64,000 bases of DNA from a virus, in the IMG/VR virus record IMGVR_UViG_3300025276_000020; one strand, 5' to 3'. The number at the start of each line of letters is the position of its first letter. The stretch's first letter is position 1. Positions 1-9,110 of this stretch are shown piece by piece. Both the position numbers and the translations under genes were made by a program. The notes under the pieces are model-generated. The model did no database searches. It had not been told where the DNA came from and saw only the letters and a list, made by a program, of their open reading frames with translations.

Positions 1-1032
1 ATCGAGTACTTCATTGAGAATGCTCCTGATACTATTTCACGTGCCAAGTTTAGTGCTGGTCGTGAACGCTCTCTAGGACTTGGAGCTATGGGATTCCATA
101 GTTTACTGCAAAAGCACGGTGTTGCTTGGGAGTCTGAGAAGGCTAAAGAGATCAATGATGTCGTTTTCAGTCAGATTAAGAGGCAAGCTGTGGCCGAGAC
201 TGAGAGACTAGCTGTAGAGCGTGGTGAGTACCCAGATGGGATTGGTTCGGGCAGACGTAACTCACACTTGCTTGCAATTGCGCCTAACGCATCATCTGGT
301 GTGATCCTAGCCACGTCTCCCTCCATCGAGCCTTTGAAAGCTAATGCATACACTCATAGAACACGTGCTGGCTCTTTCTTGGTAAAGAACAAGTATCTAT
401 CAGCATTGTTAACATTTAAAGGAGAAAACAATGACACTAATTGGACTTCTATTATTACTAAAAAGGGTTCAGTCCAACACCTGCCATTCTTAACAGAAGG
501 CGAAAAGGCTATATTTAAAACTGCTGATGAATTAGATCAGAACTGGGTGGTACAACATGCCGCAGACAGACAGAAGTATATCTGTCAAGGACAATCAGTT
601 AATCTATTCTTCCCTGCAGGAGCACCTAAATCATACGTAAGTCAAGTACATCTACGTGCATGGAAAGAAGGACTCAAAGGGCTGTATTATCTGCGTACAG
701 AGGCAAAGCAACGTGCAGAGAACGTTAGTGAGAAAGTCGAAAGAGTTGCACTAGCTGGAGATATGCGTAGCATCGTATACTCCAAAAAAGATTGTCCGTT
801 TTGTTCCATGGCTATGGAAGAGTTAAAGTTACGAGGTATTCCATTCGATAAGATTGACCTTAAAGAGATCGGCAAAACAGCCGCAGAAGTAACTGGACGT
901 AAAGATGTCAAAAGTGTGCCGCAAGTATATATCGCAGGTGAATATGTAGGCGGCTATAACGAGTTGATGGACTTTTTAAACAAACCACTCGCCATAGAAG
1001 AAGGCGAAGAGTGTAGAGCTTGCGAAGGCTAA
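1..1032 (+). CDS. nrdA: Ribonucleotide reductase class Ia alpha subunit, C-terminal part (5' truncated), with an inserted glutaredoxin domain
   Basis: LAIAPNASS, SPSIEP, QKYICQGQSVNL, GLKGLYYLR motifs; Grx domain (YSKKDCPFC...SVPQVYI..EYVGGY) then terminal CRACEG; frame is open from base 1. Confidence 0.95.
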   Translation: MEYFIENAPDTISRAKFSAGRERSLGLGAMGFHSLLQKHGVAWESEKAKEINDVVFSQIKRQAVAETERLAVERGEYPDGIGSGRRNSHLLAIAPNASSGVILATSPSIEPLKANAYTHRTRAGSFLVKNKYLSALLTFKGENNDTNWTSIITKKGSVQHLPFLTEGEKAIFKTADELDQNWVVQHAADRQKYICQGQSVNLFFPAGAPKSYVSQVHLRAWKEGLKGLYYLRTEAKQRAENVSEKVERVALAGDMRSIVYSKKDCPFCSMAMEELKLRGIPFDKIDLKEIGKTAAEVTGRKDVKSVPQVYIAGEYVGGYNELMDFLNKPLAIEEGEECRACEG

Positions 1033-1068
1033 ACATATAACAAACAAACATTAAAGGAAAGAGAATAC

Positions 1069-2073
1069 ATGTCACTATTAGATTTATCAAAAAGCTATCG
1101 CCCATTTCATTACCCATGGGCAGTAGAGTTAACTAAAAAGCACGAAGAGATCCACTGGGTCGAAGACGAAGCAGAATTGAGCGAAGACGTTCAAGACTGG
1201 AAAACAAAACTAACTGAAGATGAGAAGGACTTTGTGACCCAAATTCTTCGATTGTTCACGCAGTCAGATGTACAAGTTGGTGAGAACTATCACGAACTGA
1301 TGATTCCAAAATTTAAGAACAATGAAATCCGCAACATGCTTGCGTCATTTGCTAATCGTGAAGGTGTGCATCAACGTGCATATGCTTTACTGAATGATAC
1401 ACTGGGTTTACCAGACGAAGAGTTTCACACTTTCCTTGAATACTCTGAGATGGCAGACAAGTTAGACTTTATGAAAGAAGGTAACATTAACTCCCATACA
1501 GGTCTCGCTCTCGTAGTGGCTCAGTCAGTGTTTAACGAAGGGATGTCACTATTCGCATCCTTTGTAATGCTACTGAACTTTCAGCGTTTTGGCAAAATGA
1601 AAGGCATGGGAACAATTGTTGAATGGTCTATCCGTGATGAGACTATGCACGTTCAAGGTAACGCTAAATTGTTCCGTGAATTTGTAGAAGAGCATCCACG
1701 TATTGTCAACGATGAGTTGAAGTCTAAGGTGTATGAGATGGCTACTAACGCTGTTACGCTAGAAGACAAGTTCATCAAACTGGCTTTCGATGGCAAAGAT
1801 CAAGAAGGTATCACTGAGAAAGAGGTCAAGCAATACATTAGACATATCGCTGACCGTCGATTACTTCAGTTGGGCATGAAGCCTAAGTTTGGAGTAAAAG
1901 AGAATCCAATGCCATGGTTAGACTGGGTACTGAACGGAGCATCACACGACAACTTCTTTGAGAAGCGAGTTACTGAATACTCTGTTAATGGTATGGAAGG
2001 TGATTGGGGTTGGGATGCAAACGCATCTGAAGGCGAAGTTTGTGGAGTCGATGGAAACGGTTGTCCAGCTTAA
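1069..2073 (+). CDS. nrdB: Ribonucleotide reductase beta subunit
   Basis: HW..E, REGVHQRAY, EGMSLF, RDETMH di-iron motifs, NFFEKRVTEY; directly after nrdA. Confidence 0.96.
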   Translation: MSLLDLSKSYRPFHYPWAVELTKKHEEIHWVEDEAELSEDVQDWKTKLTEDEKDFVTQILRLFTQSDVQVGENYHELMIPKFKNNEIRNMLASFANREGVHQRAYALLNDTLGLPDEEFHTFLEYSEMADKLDFMKEGNINSHTGLALVVAQSVFNEGMSLFASFVMLLNFQRFGKMKGMGTIVEWSIRDETMHVQGNAKLFREFVEEHPRIVNDELKSKVYEMATNAVTLEDKFIKLAFDGKDQEGITEKEVKQYIRHIADRRLLQLGMKPKFGVKENPMPWLDWVLNGASHDNFFEKRVTEYSVNGMEGDWGWDANASEGEVCGVDGNGCPA

Positions 2074-2091
2074 ATAACACAGGGCTATATT

Positions 2092-2520
2092 ATGAATAAG
2101 TGGCAAGACGCTTACATGAAAACGGCAGAGACCTTCGGGTCTCTGTCAACTGCTGTTAGACTGAAAGTCGGTGCTATTGTTGTAAAAGACAATCGTATTA
2201 TCTCTATTGGTTATAACGGTACGCCATCTGGCTGGGACAACGTGTGCGAAGATACTTTTCATCATCACGAACTCGGAACAACCACCACGGTAACTAAATC
2301 TGAGGTAATACATGCAGAAGCTAACGCTATAAGTAAACTTGCTAGATCAAGCGAAAGTGGTTTAGACGCTGACATATATATAACTCACGCTCCGTGTGTA
2401 GAATGTGCAAAGTTGGTATACGGCACTGGCATAAAGAATGTGTATTATAGAACATCATACAGGAACACAGAGGGGATAGATTTTCTCAAGTCCTGCAATA
2501 TAAGGGTAGAAAAACTATGA
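2092..2520 (+). CDS. cd: dCMP deaminase
   Basis: KVGAIVVKDNRIISIGYNG, HAEANAI, PCVECAK zinc motifs. Confidence 0.92.
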   Translation: MNKWQDAYMKTAETFGSLSTAVRLKVGAIVVKDNRIISIGYNGTPSGWDNVCEDTFHHHELGTTTTVTKSEVIHAEANAISKLARSSESGLDADIYITHAPCVECAKLVYGTGIKNVYYRTSYRNTEGIDFLKSCNIRVEKL

Positions 2521-2684
2521 AGAGACAAGATTTAGTCTGCGAGTATTGTGATAGTGAATGTACCGTAGAAACAACTAATATGGAAGACCCAATTGTATTC
2601 TGTCCAATATGTGGATCAGAAGTAGATTATGAAGAATCTGAAATGGAAGATTGGGATGAGCAGAACGAAGAGGGCTGGAATTAA
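2517..2684 (+). CDS. Small zinc-ribbon protein with acidic tail (55 aa, not in ORF track)
   Basis: Hand translation MKRQDLVCEYCDSEC...FCPICGSEVDYEE...; ATG overlaps the upstream stop codon. Confidence 0.7.
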   Translation: MKRQDLVCEYCDSECTVETTNMEDPIVFCPICGSEVDYEESEMEDWDEQNEEGWN

Positions 2685-3098
2685 GTGTGGTATCTAGACG
2701 ATGTAGAATTCACTAGCGATATGATAGGAGACTATGTTGGATTCGTGTACGTTATCACAGACCTCATGAACAAAAAGAAGTATGTTGGAAAGAAGCTATT
2801 TCAATCCAAGCGAACTTTACCGCCACTGAAAGGTAAGACTAGAAAGCGCAAGGTCATTAAGGAGTCTGATTGGATGACTTACTATGGATCAAGCGAAGAA
2901 GTCAAGCTACTGGTTGAAGAACATGGTAGCAAAGCATTTCATAGAGAGATATTGCACCTGTGTCCGACACGTGGTACTATGTCATATCTAGAGGCAAAAG
3001 AACAATTTGATAGAGAAGTCCTTTTATCAGATGATTACTACAACGGCATTATTAACTGTAAAATACATAGGACACATGTAACAAAGCTTAGAGGATGA
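2685..3098 (+). CDS. GIY-YIG endonuclease (Endo II/DenA-like, catalytic domain only)
   Basis: GFVYVITD...KKYVGKK, YYGSS, YYNG motifs. Confidence 0.8.
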   Translation: MWYLDDVEFTSDMIGDYVGFVYVITDLMNKKKYVGKKLFQSKRTLPPLKGKTRKRKVIKESDWMTYYGSSEEVKLLVEEHGSKAFHREILHLCPTRGTMSYLEAKEQFDREVLLSDDYYNGIINCKIHRTHVTKLRG

Positions 3099-3102
3099 CA
3101 TT

Positions 3103-3378
3103 ATGCATATAATTTACGGAACAAAAACTTGTGGCTACTGCCATCAAGCTAAGAGTATACTGAGACAGAATGGATTGAATTTTGAATATGTCGATCTAAG
3201 CGAAGTGACTGAAGAAGAACAAGACGAACTGATGAAGATTGCTGGAGAGCAATTCAGATCAGTACCACAAATATTTACAAAAGAGACTAACGAATTCTGG
3301 GCCGGCCGTCACAGCAAAATAAATTGGAAATATATTGGTGGTTTTACTGAATTAAAGGATGCACTAAATGGATTATAG
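3103..3378 (+). CDS. Glutaredoxin
   Basis: CGYC active site, SVPQIF, YIGGF. Confidence 0.9.
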   Translation: MHIIYGTKTCGYCHQAKSILRQNGLNFEYVDLSEVTEEEQDELMKIAGEQFRSVPQIFTKETNEFWAGRHSKINWKYIGGFTELKDALNGL

Positions 3379-4510
3379 AATACTAAATATTCTGGATGAT
3401 GAAAAACATCGCCAGGATAGTACTGTTGAGCTTATTGCTAGTGAAAACTTTGCAAGCCAAGCTGTGATGGACTTATCAGGCAGTATCTTTACTAACAAAT
3501 ATGCTGAAGGCTATCCTGGAAAGCGTTACTACAACGGATGTGATCACGCAGATGAGATTGAACAACTTGCTATTGATACACTGTGTAGATTATATGGAGC
3601 AAACTTTGCTAACGTACAACCACACTCAGGTGCAAATGCAAACACAGCAGTTTACCAAGCACTACTGAAACCAGGCGATAAACTATTAGGCATGGATCTA
3701 GCAAGTGGTGGACACTTGTCACACGGTAGCGCACCTAATATTTCCGGTAAGATTTATGACTGTTATGCTTATGGCGTTGAAGAGAATGGTTATATTAACA
3801 TGGATCAAGTTCAAATGTTGGCAGAACTTCATAAACCTAAAGTGATTGTTGCTGGTGCAAGCGCATACCCAAGACAGATCGACTGGAAAGGTTTTAGAGA
3901 TATTGCTGATTCTGTAGGCGCATATCTTGTAGTTGATATGGCTCACTATTCGGGACTAATCGCTGGTGGTGTATATGATAATCCTTTGCCTTACGCAGAT
4001 GTTGTAACATCTACAACCCACAAAACATTACGTGGACCAAGAGGTGGTATCATCCTATGGAACAATGAAGAACTCACTCGCAAGATTAATAGTGCTATCT
4101 TTCCAGGCACACAAGGCGGTCCGTTGATGCACATCATTGCGGCCAAAGCACAGTCCTTTATTGAAGCAGATACACTAGAGTTTAAGCAGTACAGCAAAGA
4201 CGTTGTACGCAACGCTAAGGCTATGTGTGATGTGTTTAGACAGCGTGATATGCCTGTGCAGACAGGCGGCACTGACAGCCATATTATCCTAATGGATTTA
4301 AGTGATAGTAAGTACAGTGGTCGTGAAGCCGCAGACTTGCTAGAAGAAAATGGTATTACTGTAAACAAGAACGGTGTTCCAAATGATCCACGCTCTTTTG
4401 TAGAGACAAGTGGTATTCGATTGGGTACCGCCGCAGAAACAACTCGTGGTCATGACGATATGTGGTTTAGAAAACTAGCGCATAAAATTGCAGATATTTT
4501 AGAGGATTAA
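3368..4510 (+). CDS. glyA: Serine hydroxymethyltransferase
   Basis: LIASENF, NKYAEGYPGKRYY, NVQPHSG, GGHLSHG, TTHKTLRGPRGG (PLP lysine), FPGTQGGP. Confidence 0.97.
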   Translation: MDYRILNILDDEKHRQDSTVELIASENFASQAVMDLSGSIFTNKYAEGYPGKRYYNGCDHADEIEQLAIDTLCRLYGANFANVQPHSGANANTAVYQALLKPGDKLLGMDLASGGHLSHGSAPNISGKIYDCYAYGVEENGYINMDQVQMLAELHKPKVIVAGASAYPRQIDWKGFRDIADSVGAYLVVDMAHYSGLIAGGVYDNPLPYADVVTSTTHKTLRGPRGGIILWNNEELTRKINSAIFPGTQGGPLMHIIAAKAQSFIEADTLEFKQYSKDVVRNAKAMCDVFRQRDMPVQTGGTDSHIILMDLSDSKYSGREAADLLEENGITVNKNGVPNDPRSFVETSGIRLGTAAETTRGHDDMWFRKLAHKIADILED

Positions 4511-4513
4511 AAT

Positions 4514-4810
4514 ATGACTGATACTACTTACTTGCCGTTACCGTCTAGTGTGACAATTAAGAGATCCGATATTCATGGTCTAGGACTATGGGCTGTCGAA
4601 GATATCAAGGAAGGAACTGAGATAGGGATGTCTCATTTTTATTGGGGAGAAGATATTCAAAGAACTCCTTTAGGAGCATTCTACAATCATTCTGATTCTC
4701 CAAACATACACAAAGCACGAAGGGATAGTAGATACTTCATGATTGCAAGCAAAGACATTCTATCAGGTGAAGAACTTACTTGTACATACACGTTCTACAA
4801 GTGTGACTAA
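4514..4810 (+). CDS. Minimal SET-domain protein (putative lysine methyltransferase)
   Basis: SDIHGLGLWA, FYNHSDSPN, DILSGEELTCTY motifs. Confidence 0.85.
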   Translation: MTDTTYLPLPSSVTIKRSDIHGLGLWAVEDIKEGTEIGMSHFYWGEDIQRTPLGAFYNHSDSPNIHKARRDSRYFMIASKDILSGEELTCTYTFYKCD

Positions 4811-4998
4811 TTCCACCATCTAAAGTATAATCCAGATATAGCAACCGCTAGAATTACGAGGGCTAAGATTAATCCGCCCCAAGTATCTGAGTCAGACCAG
4901 TCTTGTCCTGCTTGTATTAGCTTATATTCGTTACCGTCTTTATCTAGAAGAGGTCTATTATCCACGAATAGCGTTATCAATGTGTTTGATGTATTCAT
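4807..4998 (-). CDS. Small membrane protein
   Basis: C-terminal hydrophobic helix; lies downstream of and overlaps the lipase gene. Confidence 0.45.
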   Translation of the reverse strand: MNTSNTLITLFVDNRPLLDKDGNEYKLIQAGQDWSDSDTWGGLILALVILAVAISGLYFRWWN

Positions 4999-5725
4999 CG
5001 ATACTATGATCGGAGAATGAGTCTATCTTGCCCTGTTTTAATCCCATCCAAATACCACGAAACTTATCTTTAACTCTTTGCCATCCAGTTGGATTCCTAA
5101 CTAAGCCATACGCATTGATGTAATGCTCTTCACCGTGATGCTTATATCCCATTACACGTAAAGGAACAGTAGTTACGATGTCGTTGTTATTCTTCCATCT
5201 ATGATGCACAACGTCTAAAGACTTACAGTATGTTGGCCAACCAACTTTAGGTGAACCGAACGTAAATACCATTGAAGGACTAGTTAGTGTATCATCGTGA
5301 GTACATCTAGACGCCATGATAGTAGCCATTGCCGCACCCAGAGAATGACCGCAGAACCATAGCATTTTCTTAGCGTTTACTGTTCTTGCAATGTCTTCAA
5401 TAATCATCGGCCATAGATCGTCTACTTCAGTCTTGAATCCGCTGTGAACTCTAGAGATTGTTTCAGCTAATACTGGGAATGCTTTTAGATCAGCTTTGAT
5501 ATCGCCAAATTCCGTAGGCTGTGTGCCTCTACATGCGATAACTAGATCAGACTTATTTTGAAATCTGTATGCCTGAGCTCCATCTCTTTCATAAAACTCT
5601 GTTGTGGTAAATCCTAATGCTCTGGCTGCCTTGCTTGCTTCTGGTTCATCTAAGTATGCTATCTGTGAGAGCCTTGCGAATAACAGTGAACGAACTAGTA
5701 TTGGTTGTGAAGTGATTTGGGTCAT
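4958..5725 (-). CDS. Lipase class 3 (alpha/beta hydrolase)
   Basis: IACRGT, VHSGF, GHSLGAA nucleophile elbow, TFGSPKVG, DIVTTVP, DH. Confidence 0.9.
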   Translation of the reverse strand: MTQITSQPILVRSLLFARLSQIAYLDEPEASKAARALGFTTTEFYERDGAQAYRFQNKSDLVIACRGTQPTEFGDIKADLKAFPVLAETISRVHSGFKTEVDDLWPMIIEDIARTVNAKKMLWFCGHSLGAAMATIMASRCTHDDTLTSPSMVFTFGSPKVGWPTYCKSLDVVHHRWKNNNDIVTTVPLRVMGYKHHGEEHYINAYGLVRNPTGWQRVKDKFRGIWMGLKQGKIDSFSDHSIDEYIKHIDNAIRG

Positions 5726-5747
5726 ATTTATTTCTCCTATATCAATT

Positions 5748-5755
5748 TATTTATA
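5748..5755 (-). promoter_or_regulatory. T4-type late promoter (TATAAATA) upstream of the lipase gene
   Basis: tatttata on + strand, about 23 nt upstream of the lipase start codon. Confidence 0.65.
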
Positions 5756-5764
5756 ATAAAAGAC

Positions 5765-5793
5765 TTGACAGGCACCGTATTATGGTGTATTAT
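5765..5793 (+). promoter_or_regulatory. Sigma70-type early promoter
   Basis: TTGACA-17-TATTAT. Confidence 0.7.
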
Positions 5794-6193
5794 GAGAGAG
5801 TAAATCATAACTCACAGGTCATTATATGTTAGATAAACAAACTATAGAAGATTTGGAAAAAGTTCTTGAGATCGCAACAGTGAGCCCATTTCGAGCATTC
5901 GCTATGAACGTGTGGGAAGATCATAAAGAAGAGGTCTTTACCTGGGAAGGTGACTTAGTCCAGTACACATCTAAAGAGTACTTTAGTAAAAATAAGTGGT
6001 TCCTGAAAAAACTATATAAGTCTACGCCTCGATAAAAGGAGAGTAGTTATGGAACTTTTACTATCATTGTTATTTTTACCTATAATGTACTTCATGGTAA
6101 AAGCCCTCTGGATCAGTACTCTGTTGTTAGATCAGAGAAAGAAGAACTATAGAGCGGGCACCCATGATTATTATGGAAATAAAATAGAAAAAA

Positions 6194-6235
6194 GTGAAAA
6201 TAATGGTTGACATCAACCAATAGTTGGTTTATAGT
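6194..6235 (+). promoter_or_regulatory. Early promoter cassette (GTGAAAATAATGGTTGACA family)
   Basis: GTGAAAATAATGG-TTGACA-17-TATAGT; TGGTTGA/TCAACCA palindrome. Confidence 0.75.
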
Positions 6236-6264
6236 ATAAGAGTAATAAAGAGAAAGATGATACT

Positions 6265-6531
6265 ATGATCAACTATATAAGCGCCTCAGAGAGTCAAGTC
6301 CAACTTTGGGATGAAGCAGGCATTGTAGCCTCGAGTTCAGACGCCAATGACCTAGCCAATGTTATTTTCGAAAACGGAGGTTTCGCTGATGCTGTGTATG
6401 CCTCTTCTTCAGTTGACTTTGCTTCAGAAGAGGGCTTTGATACTGATGAAGGTGCCAGTGAACTACTTGAGTCAGCGATTGTGATATTCAACAACTTTGC
6501 CCTATATAGTTCTATTAAGAACGCTAAATAG
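6265..6531 (+). CDS. Hypothetical acidic protein
   Basis: ORF directly behind the promoter cassette with a purine-rich RBS. Confidence 0.65.
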   Translation: MINYISASESQVQLWDEAGIVASSSDANDLANVIFENGGFADAVYASSSVDFASEEGFDTDEGASELLESAIVIFNNFALYSSIKNAK

Positions 6532-6707
6532 CAATAGAGCCACCAAGGGAGATTACCAGTGAAACACCTAAAAGAGATAGAGATGTCTTATGTTAAACAC
6601 CTTATCCATGGGTGGTCCATCGCTGGAGTCCTTATTGTGCATGGTCTATTTCCCTTCATGTGGGAAACAAAAGCTTCTGATATGCTATGTAAAAAAGATG
6701 AAAAAAA

Positions 6708-6748
6708 GTGAAAATAATGGTTGACATTACTGCCATCCATGCTATAAT
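6708..6748 (+). promoter_or_regulatory. Early promoter cassette
   Basis: GTGAAAATAATGG-TTGACA-16-TATAAT with TG extended -10. Confidence 0.8.
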
Positions 6749-6767
6749 ACTTGTATAAACTAAAGAA

Positions 6768-7121
6768 ATGAGAGAGTATATTATGATGAATGAGCAAATT
6801 GAAACACTGATCGAAGCAATCAAAACTGACTACCTTAAGTGGACAAGTCGTTCTGCTGACTATGAGTTGACTGATGTTAACAAGAAGATGATCGCTGAGT
6901 TTAATGAAGGTCTCTCTGTCACTGAAGGACAGAAGTATATCAAGATTCTCAGCAGAGGCAGTGTTTGGGGCTTTGTTGTTAAAGTCACTACTGATAAGTT
7001 GTTCAAGCAAGGTGATATATTGAAAGCCGCTGGTTACAATGCTCCTGCGAGAAACAAGCCACGTGGAAATGTGATAGACGGTGGTTACACAATCCAGTGG
7101 ACTGGTCCTAGATACCTCTGA
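6768..7121 (+). CDS. Hypothetical phage protein
   Basis: KYIKI...SVWGFV...GDILKAAGYNAPA...RGNV...WTGP.YL, a pattern I recognise from large phages. Confidence 0.7.
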   Translation: MREYIMMNEQIETLIEAIKTDYLKWTSRSADYELTDVNKKMIAEFNEGLSVTEGQKYIKILSRGSVWGFVVKVTTDKLFKQGDILKAAGYNAPARNKPRGNVIDGGYTIQWTGPRYL

Positions 7122-7205
7122 TAAAAAAAGTCAAGAATTCCGAAAAGAGTTCTTGACAATACACCTCGGATGTCGTATAATAGACATCTAATTGAGAGAG
7201 TTAAT

Positions 7206-7724
7206 ATGTTGAAGAATACCTTTGTTGAAGCGTTAGAATTTGCCACTGAGATGCATGAGGGGCAGACAAGAAAGTACAACGGTGGAGCTTATATTGAGCA
7301 TCCAATCGCTGTTGCTGATCTTGTTGAGGCTTATCTAGACGAGCAAGAGACTGAAGAAGAGATCGTTATTACAGCAATACAGATCGCTCTTCTTCACGAT
7401 ACTGTTGAAGATACTCCTGCTACTGAAGAGAACCTCGTTGAGCGTTTCAGTAAAGAAGTTGCTGAAGGTGTTTGGTACTTGACTAAGACTCCTAGCTTCG
7501 TTGGAAACAGGGCTGTTAGAAAAGAGTTGTGTCAGGCAAGACTTGCGGCTGCCCCTTGGTTGATTAGGGTGATCAAGACTTTTGACATGATGCACAATGC
7601 AACTACTATTGAAGCTAACGATCCTAACTTTTGGATTGTCTTTAAGGCAGAAACTATTGCATTGCTTGAAGCAATGGGAACTACCCACATTTGGGAAGAG
7701 CAGAAAGGAACGCCTCTTGTATAA
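7206..7724 (+). CDS. HD-domain small alarmone hydrolase-like protein (SpoT/Mesh1 (p)ppGpp hydrolase family)
   Basis: HEGQTRK..GAYIEHP..VA, ALLHDTVEDT, IKTFDMMHN; own promoter TTGACA(7153)-17-TATAAT. Confidence 0.85.
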   Translation: MLKNTFVEALEFATEMHEGQTRKYNGGAYIEHPIAVADLVEAYLDEQETEEEIVITAIQIALLHDTVEDTPATEENLVERFSKEVAEGVWYLTKTPSFVGNRAVRKELCQARLAAAPWLIRVIKTFDMMHNATTIEANDPNFWIVFKAETIALLEAMGTTHIWEEQKGTPLV

Positions 7725-7848
7725 AGACGAAATGTTAGAATCTATGGTTCTAGAAGAAATCAAAAAATGGGCGGGTAATAGATACTATGAACAGTGTCAC
7801 CCGTCCCTCTTCAGCGAATACTGGTTAAAGAGACTAGGATGAATTTTA

Positions 7849-7925
7849 GTCTCCTTAGCTCAGTTGGATAGAGCAACGGCCTTCTAAGCCGTAGGTCGCA
7901 AGTTCGAATCTTGCAGGGGACGCCA
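7849..7925 (+). tRNA. tRNA-Arg(UCU)
   Basis: Acceptor GTCTCCT/AGGGGAC, D-arm AGCTCAGTTGGATAGAGC, anticodon arm ACGGC-CTTCTAA-GCCGT, TTCGAAT, encoded CCA. Confidence 0.96.
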
Positions 7926-8564
7926 ATTTACGTATGACTACAAAAGATAAATATGAATCGAGAAAATGGAGTTTGGATACTTCGAGTTTTGTTAATGTTA
8001 TGGTTATCCTTCTCAGTGAAGAATACAGACGATTTATATGGTGTAAGATACAGTATGAGAAGTTTTGAACAATGTAAAAGAGTTATAAAAGAAAGGAATT
8101 AGAATGTATGTTTTTCTAGTTGTCTTAATGGTAAATGGAATGTACTCAGTACAAGCACCTAACATGGTGTTTCCTGATCTAGAGACATGTGAGCGTGTTA
8201 AGAATATGAACACAGAGGTTCTCAGAAACACTAGTCCATCAGACACGGCAAAATTCTATGCCAAATGTATCATGATACCTCGTGATATCAGCGTCTAGTA
8301 ACAAAAGAAAGGATCAGGGATGATCAAATCGAGGAATAGCCCGACTGTTAAATCAGCGGTTAACAATGATGAGATGTCATTACTTTTGTCCGAGTTCATG
8401 GATAAGTGTGATGATATTGAGCGAAAGCTAGACTTGCTTATTGATAGGCAAGAAGCTAAACTCTGTCAATGTGATGATGTGCCAAAGTTATAAAGAAAGT
8501 ACTTGACAAACGGTTCGTAATATGCGATAATGTGTACATAACTTGATAAGAGAGTGAGACCTAT

Positions 8565-8804
8565 ATGATGATGACTAAATATCAACTTGAAGAATTTAAC
8601 AGAGCTTTTAGGAGTGCTGTTGAGTCCACTGAAAACCACGAAGCAGACAATTCTATTAATTGGAACTTCGTTGATGCAGATATCACTATGACTATGCATG
8701 AGGTTTTTGGATCAGAGCTTGACGATAGTGAGCTTGAAATCGAGTTTAACTTTGCGGCTGAGAAGTATCTCAGCGACTACGGCCATTGGGCGTATGGCGC
8801 ATAA
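8565..8804 (+). CDS. Hypothetical protein
   Basis: Behind promoter TTGACA(8503)-17-GATAAT, with RBS. Confidence 0.6.
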   Translation: MMMTKYQLEEFNRAFRSAVESTENHEADNSINWNFVDADITMTMHEVFGSELDDSELEIEFNFAAEKYLSDYGHWAYGA

Positions 8805-8809
8805 CTAAC

Positions 8810-9008
8810 CAGTCGGTTTGCCACCGAATAGTATGCTAATGGTAATGCATATGAAGATGAAGCAGTTTCGCAACTGTAAAAAAATTACCCGATGACAGTA
8901 GTCCGTGTGCTGGGATGCGTTAGCACTGAAGCGTGGAGCCCTAAAGTTCATGATCAATAACAGATCACTTTAGTAGGCAGGGAAGCGTTAAGAGCACCCA
9001 GACCTTTT
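8810..9008 (+). ncRNA. Candidate structured ncRNA (about 200 nt) upstream of a tRNA; possibly manA-motif-like
   Basis: Five or more hairpins and possible pseudoknots; no substantial ORF. Confidence 0.55.
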
Positions 9009-9014
9009 AATAAG

Positions 9015-9090
9015 GCGTTTGTAGTTCAGTGGATAGAATATCGGTCTACGAAACCGAGGGTCAAAGGTTCGAATCCTTTCAAGCGCACCA
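9015..9090 (+). tRNA. tRNA-Arg(ACG)
   Basis: Acceptor GCGTTTG/CAAGCGC, anticodon arm TCGGT-CTACGAA-ACCGA, GGTTCGAATCC, encoded CCA. Confidence 0.95.
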
Positions 9091-9110
9091 ACATAGAAAC
9101 GGAGTATAAT

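Noticed and set aside
2685-3098. GIY-YIG ORF as a homing endonuclease or intron
   Set aside because: Catalytic domain only, flanking genes are uninterrupted, and no intron core is visible
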